From: Deltaproteobacteria bacterium
Lineage (GTDB): Bacteria; Myxococcota; Kuafuiibacteriia; Kuafuiibacteriales; Kuafuiibacteriaceae
DNA: 64,000 nucleotides
Direction: 5' to 3'
NCBI GenBank assembly: GCA_040218735.1
Contig: JAVJQW010000049.1
Span: forward strand, 96,001-160,000
Part shown: positions 62,456-64,000 of the stretch, one piece after another
Numbering within the stretch: the stretch's first letter is position 1
Layout: the number at the start of each line of letters is the position of its first letter
The notes under the pieces: generated by a model
What the model was told of the DNA's origin: nothing
What the model saw: the letters and a program-made list of their open reading frames with translations, nothing else
The model's database searches: none
Program-made: the position numbers and the translations under genes

Positions 62456-64000
62456 TCAGCCGAGGATCTCCACGAGCTCAGCGAGCACCCGCAGCTCGCC
62501 TGCGGCGACATCCTCGAACACCATCGCCTCGAATCGCGGGTCGGATGAGGCGGGCATGAGGGTCACGCGGTTGATGGCACCGTCCGCGCCGACGTCTGGT
62601 TGGTAGACCTTCACCGTGTAGCTCCCCAGGTCCGCATCACGCAGCTCGTCGTGCCGAACCAGGACGATCGTTCCGGCGGAAGGTGTGTCAATCGCGAGCG
62701 TCCAAAGGCACCAGGCCCCGTTGGGGATCCTTAGGTTCATCGACTCGCCGACGACCTGCGCCACGAACAGACGGGGGGCCGCCTTTGTCTTGCCCTTCAG
62801 TCCAGCCCACTCGAACTGCGACGGATTGGCGACCTCCTCGTGCTGGGGCACCTCCTCCACCGACTGCAGCGCCGAGAAGCGCCCCGCAGCGATCTTCAGG
62901 TCGTAAATGGGCACCGCGTTCACGAACGGACGCACGTCCTCCGCGGGTAGGTGCGCGAAGGGGAGCACGGTCGCTGCGGTCGGCTTGTCGCGGATCCGTT
63001 TGTAGACCTCCTGGAGCATCCGCTTGGAGAGGAACTCACGGAGGTGCGGGTCCTCGAAGAACAACGTCACGAAGTCGGCGTCGACCTCGAGGTGCTCTGC
63101 CATCGTGTTCGCGAGCGCGGGGTTGAACACGTGCGCGAAGTTGGCTTCGTCGTTCGCCTCGGCGCTGAGCCGGATGTCGTCGGCGTCGACGAGCGCGTCC
63201 GCGACGCCCCCGAGGAACTCGTTGACGTGGTCGGGGAGGTCGAGGCCGAAGCGCTGGTTGAGGGCTTCGATGATCGTCGACAGTTTCTCAGTCGGGCTCT
63301 GCGCCACGCCGGTGCCCGTGGCCGTCGGGCCCGGGAGCTCGCCGGCTTGCCCCTTCGTGAGGGGCATCTCACCCTCGGCGTCCTTCTTGAGCTTGAGGGA
63401 CGTCAGGATGACGTCGTCGTCGAGGTCGAGCGGTCCGCCCGTTTCGGGGCGCGGGAGCTTCCTGAGGAGCATCCGTCCGAACGCGTAGAGCTTTTCGAGG
63501 TGTCGGTCCTCGAACGGGATGACCTGAGCGAGGTAGGCGTACAGGTTCTTGAACGCCACGAGCTGCGCCCGGAACGTCTCCTGGAGGGCGACGCGCTCCT
63601 CGTCGTTGGCCCCGAGCGCCTTGAAACGATCCACCGCCGGGTCGAGCCACCCGTTGAGCTTCGCGTGGCTCGACGGGTTCACGTGTTCGGCGAGCTGATA
63701 GAAGACCGCGGCGAAGCCGTCGACCTCCGAGGACGTGTAGACGTGGGCGTCCGCGAGGTCGTGCTGCAGCTCGTAGAGTCGCTGGGGGTCGACGTCCTCC
63801 GCGATGGTGGTCGTCTCGTAGAAGTCTTGGAACGAGTCGAGGATGGTCTCGCGCTCGTTGACGAAGTCGAGGACGAACGTGACCTCCTTGCCGCGCGCGG
63901 TCCGGTTGAGGCGCGAGAGCGTCTGCACGGCCTGGATCCCCGATAGCCGCTTGTCGACGTACATCGCGCAGAGGAGCGGCTGGTCGAAGCCGGTCTGGTA
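62456..64000 (-). CDS. hsdR: Type I restriction enzyme R subunit (C-terminal part; 5' end beyond the window) fused to an S24/LexA-like peptidase domain
   Basis: YQTGFDQPLLCAMYVDKRLSGIQAVQTLSRLNR...FVLDFVN...FQDFY; tail VPIYDLKIAAG...VVGESM..IPNG...YTVK. Confidence 0.88.
   Translation of the reverse strand, partial: YQTGFDQPLLCAMYVDKRLSGIQAVQTLSRLNRTARGKEVTFVLDFVNERETILDSFQDFYETTTIAEDVDPQRLYELQHDLADAHVYTSSEVDGFAAVFYQLAEHVNPSSHAKLNGWLDPAVDRFKALGANDEERVALQETFRAQLVAFKNLYAYLAQVIPFEDRHLEKLYAFGRMLLRKLPRPETGGPLDLDDDVILTSLKLKKDAEGEMPLTKGQAGELPGPTATGTGVAQSPTEKLSTIIEALNQRFGLDLPDHVNEFLGGVADALVDADDIRLSAEANDEANFAHVFNPALANTMAEHLEVDADFVTLFFEDPHLREFLSKRMLQEVYKRIRDKPTAATVLPFAHLPAEDVRPFVNAVPIYDLKIAAGRFSALQSVEEVPQHEEVANPSQFEWAGLKGKTKAAPRLFVAQVVGESMNLRIPNGAWCLWTLAIDTPSAGTIVLVRHDELRDADLGSYTVKVYQPDVGADGAINRVTLMPASSDPRFEAMVFEDVAAGELRVLAELVEILG

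Overview
GC-rich bacterial DNA whose gene content points to Myxococcota (inference): four Hanks-type Ser/Thr kinases, a Pph1-like PP2C phosphatase, several PEGA proteins, a DUF4388-DnaJ-TPR protein, many lipoproteins and a DUF222-like/HNH gene. It holds about 50 CDS and one tRNA-Glu(TTC). Many start codons were moved from the ORF track to downstream starts supported by signal peptides and stop/start overlaps. Main highlights: (1) a 6.7-kb redox locus at 53.6-60.3 kb with a 30-heme cytochrome, a beta-barrel, a His-rich cytochrome-b-like membrane protein, a membrane-anchored ferredoxin-flavoprotein and a 10-heme CxxxxCH lipoprotein, a candidate cytoplasm-to-surface electron conduit; (2) a type I restriction HsdR fused to a LexA/S24-like domain with an intact Ala-Gly site and Ser/Lys dyad; (3) a 1291-aa lipoprotein with a Tc-toxin-A-like layout; (4) a RAYT-like HUH transposase flanked by a 232-bp tandem duplication and a 53-bp copy of the neighbouring gene's 3' end; (5) an HNH gene bracketed by an 11-bp direct repeat; (6) an MltG with a degenerate catalytic motif; (7) several structured intergenic regions. 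All calls come from reading motifs by eye; no database searches were run.
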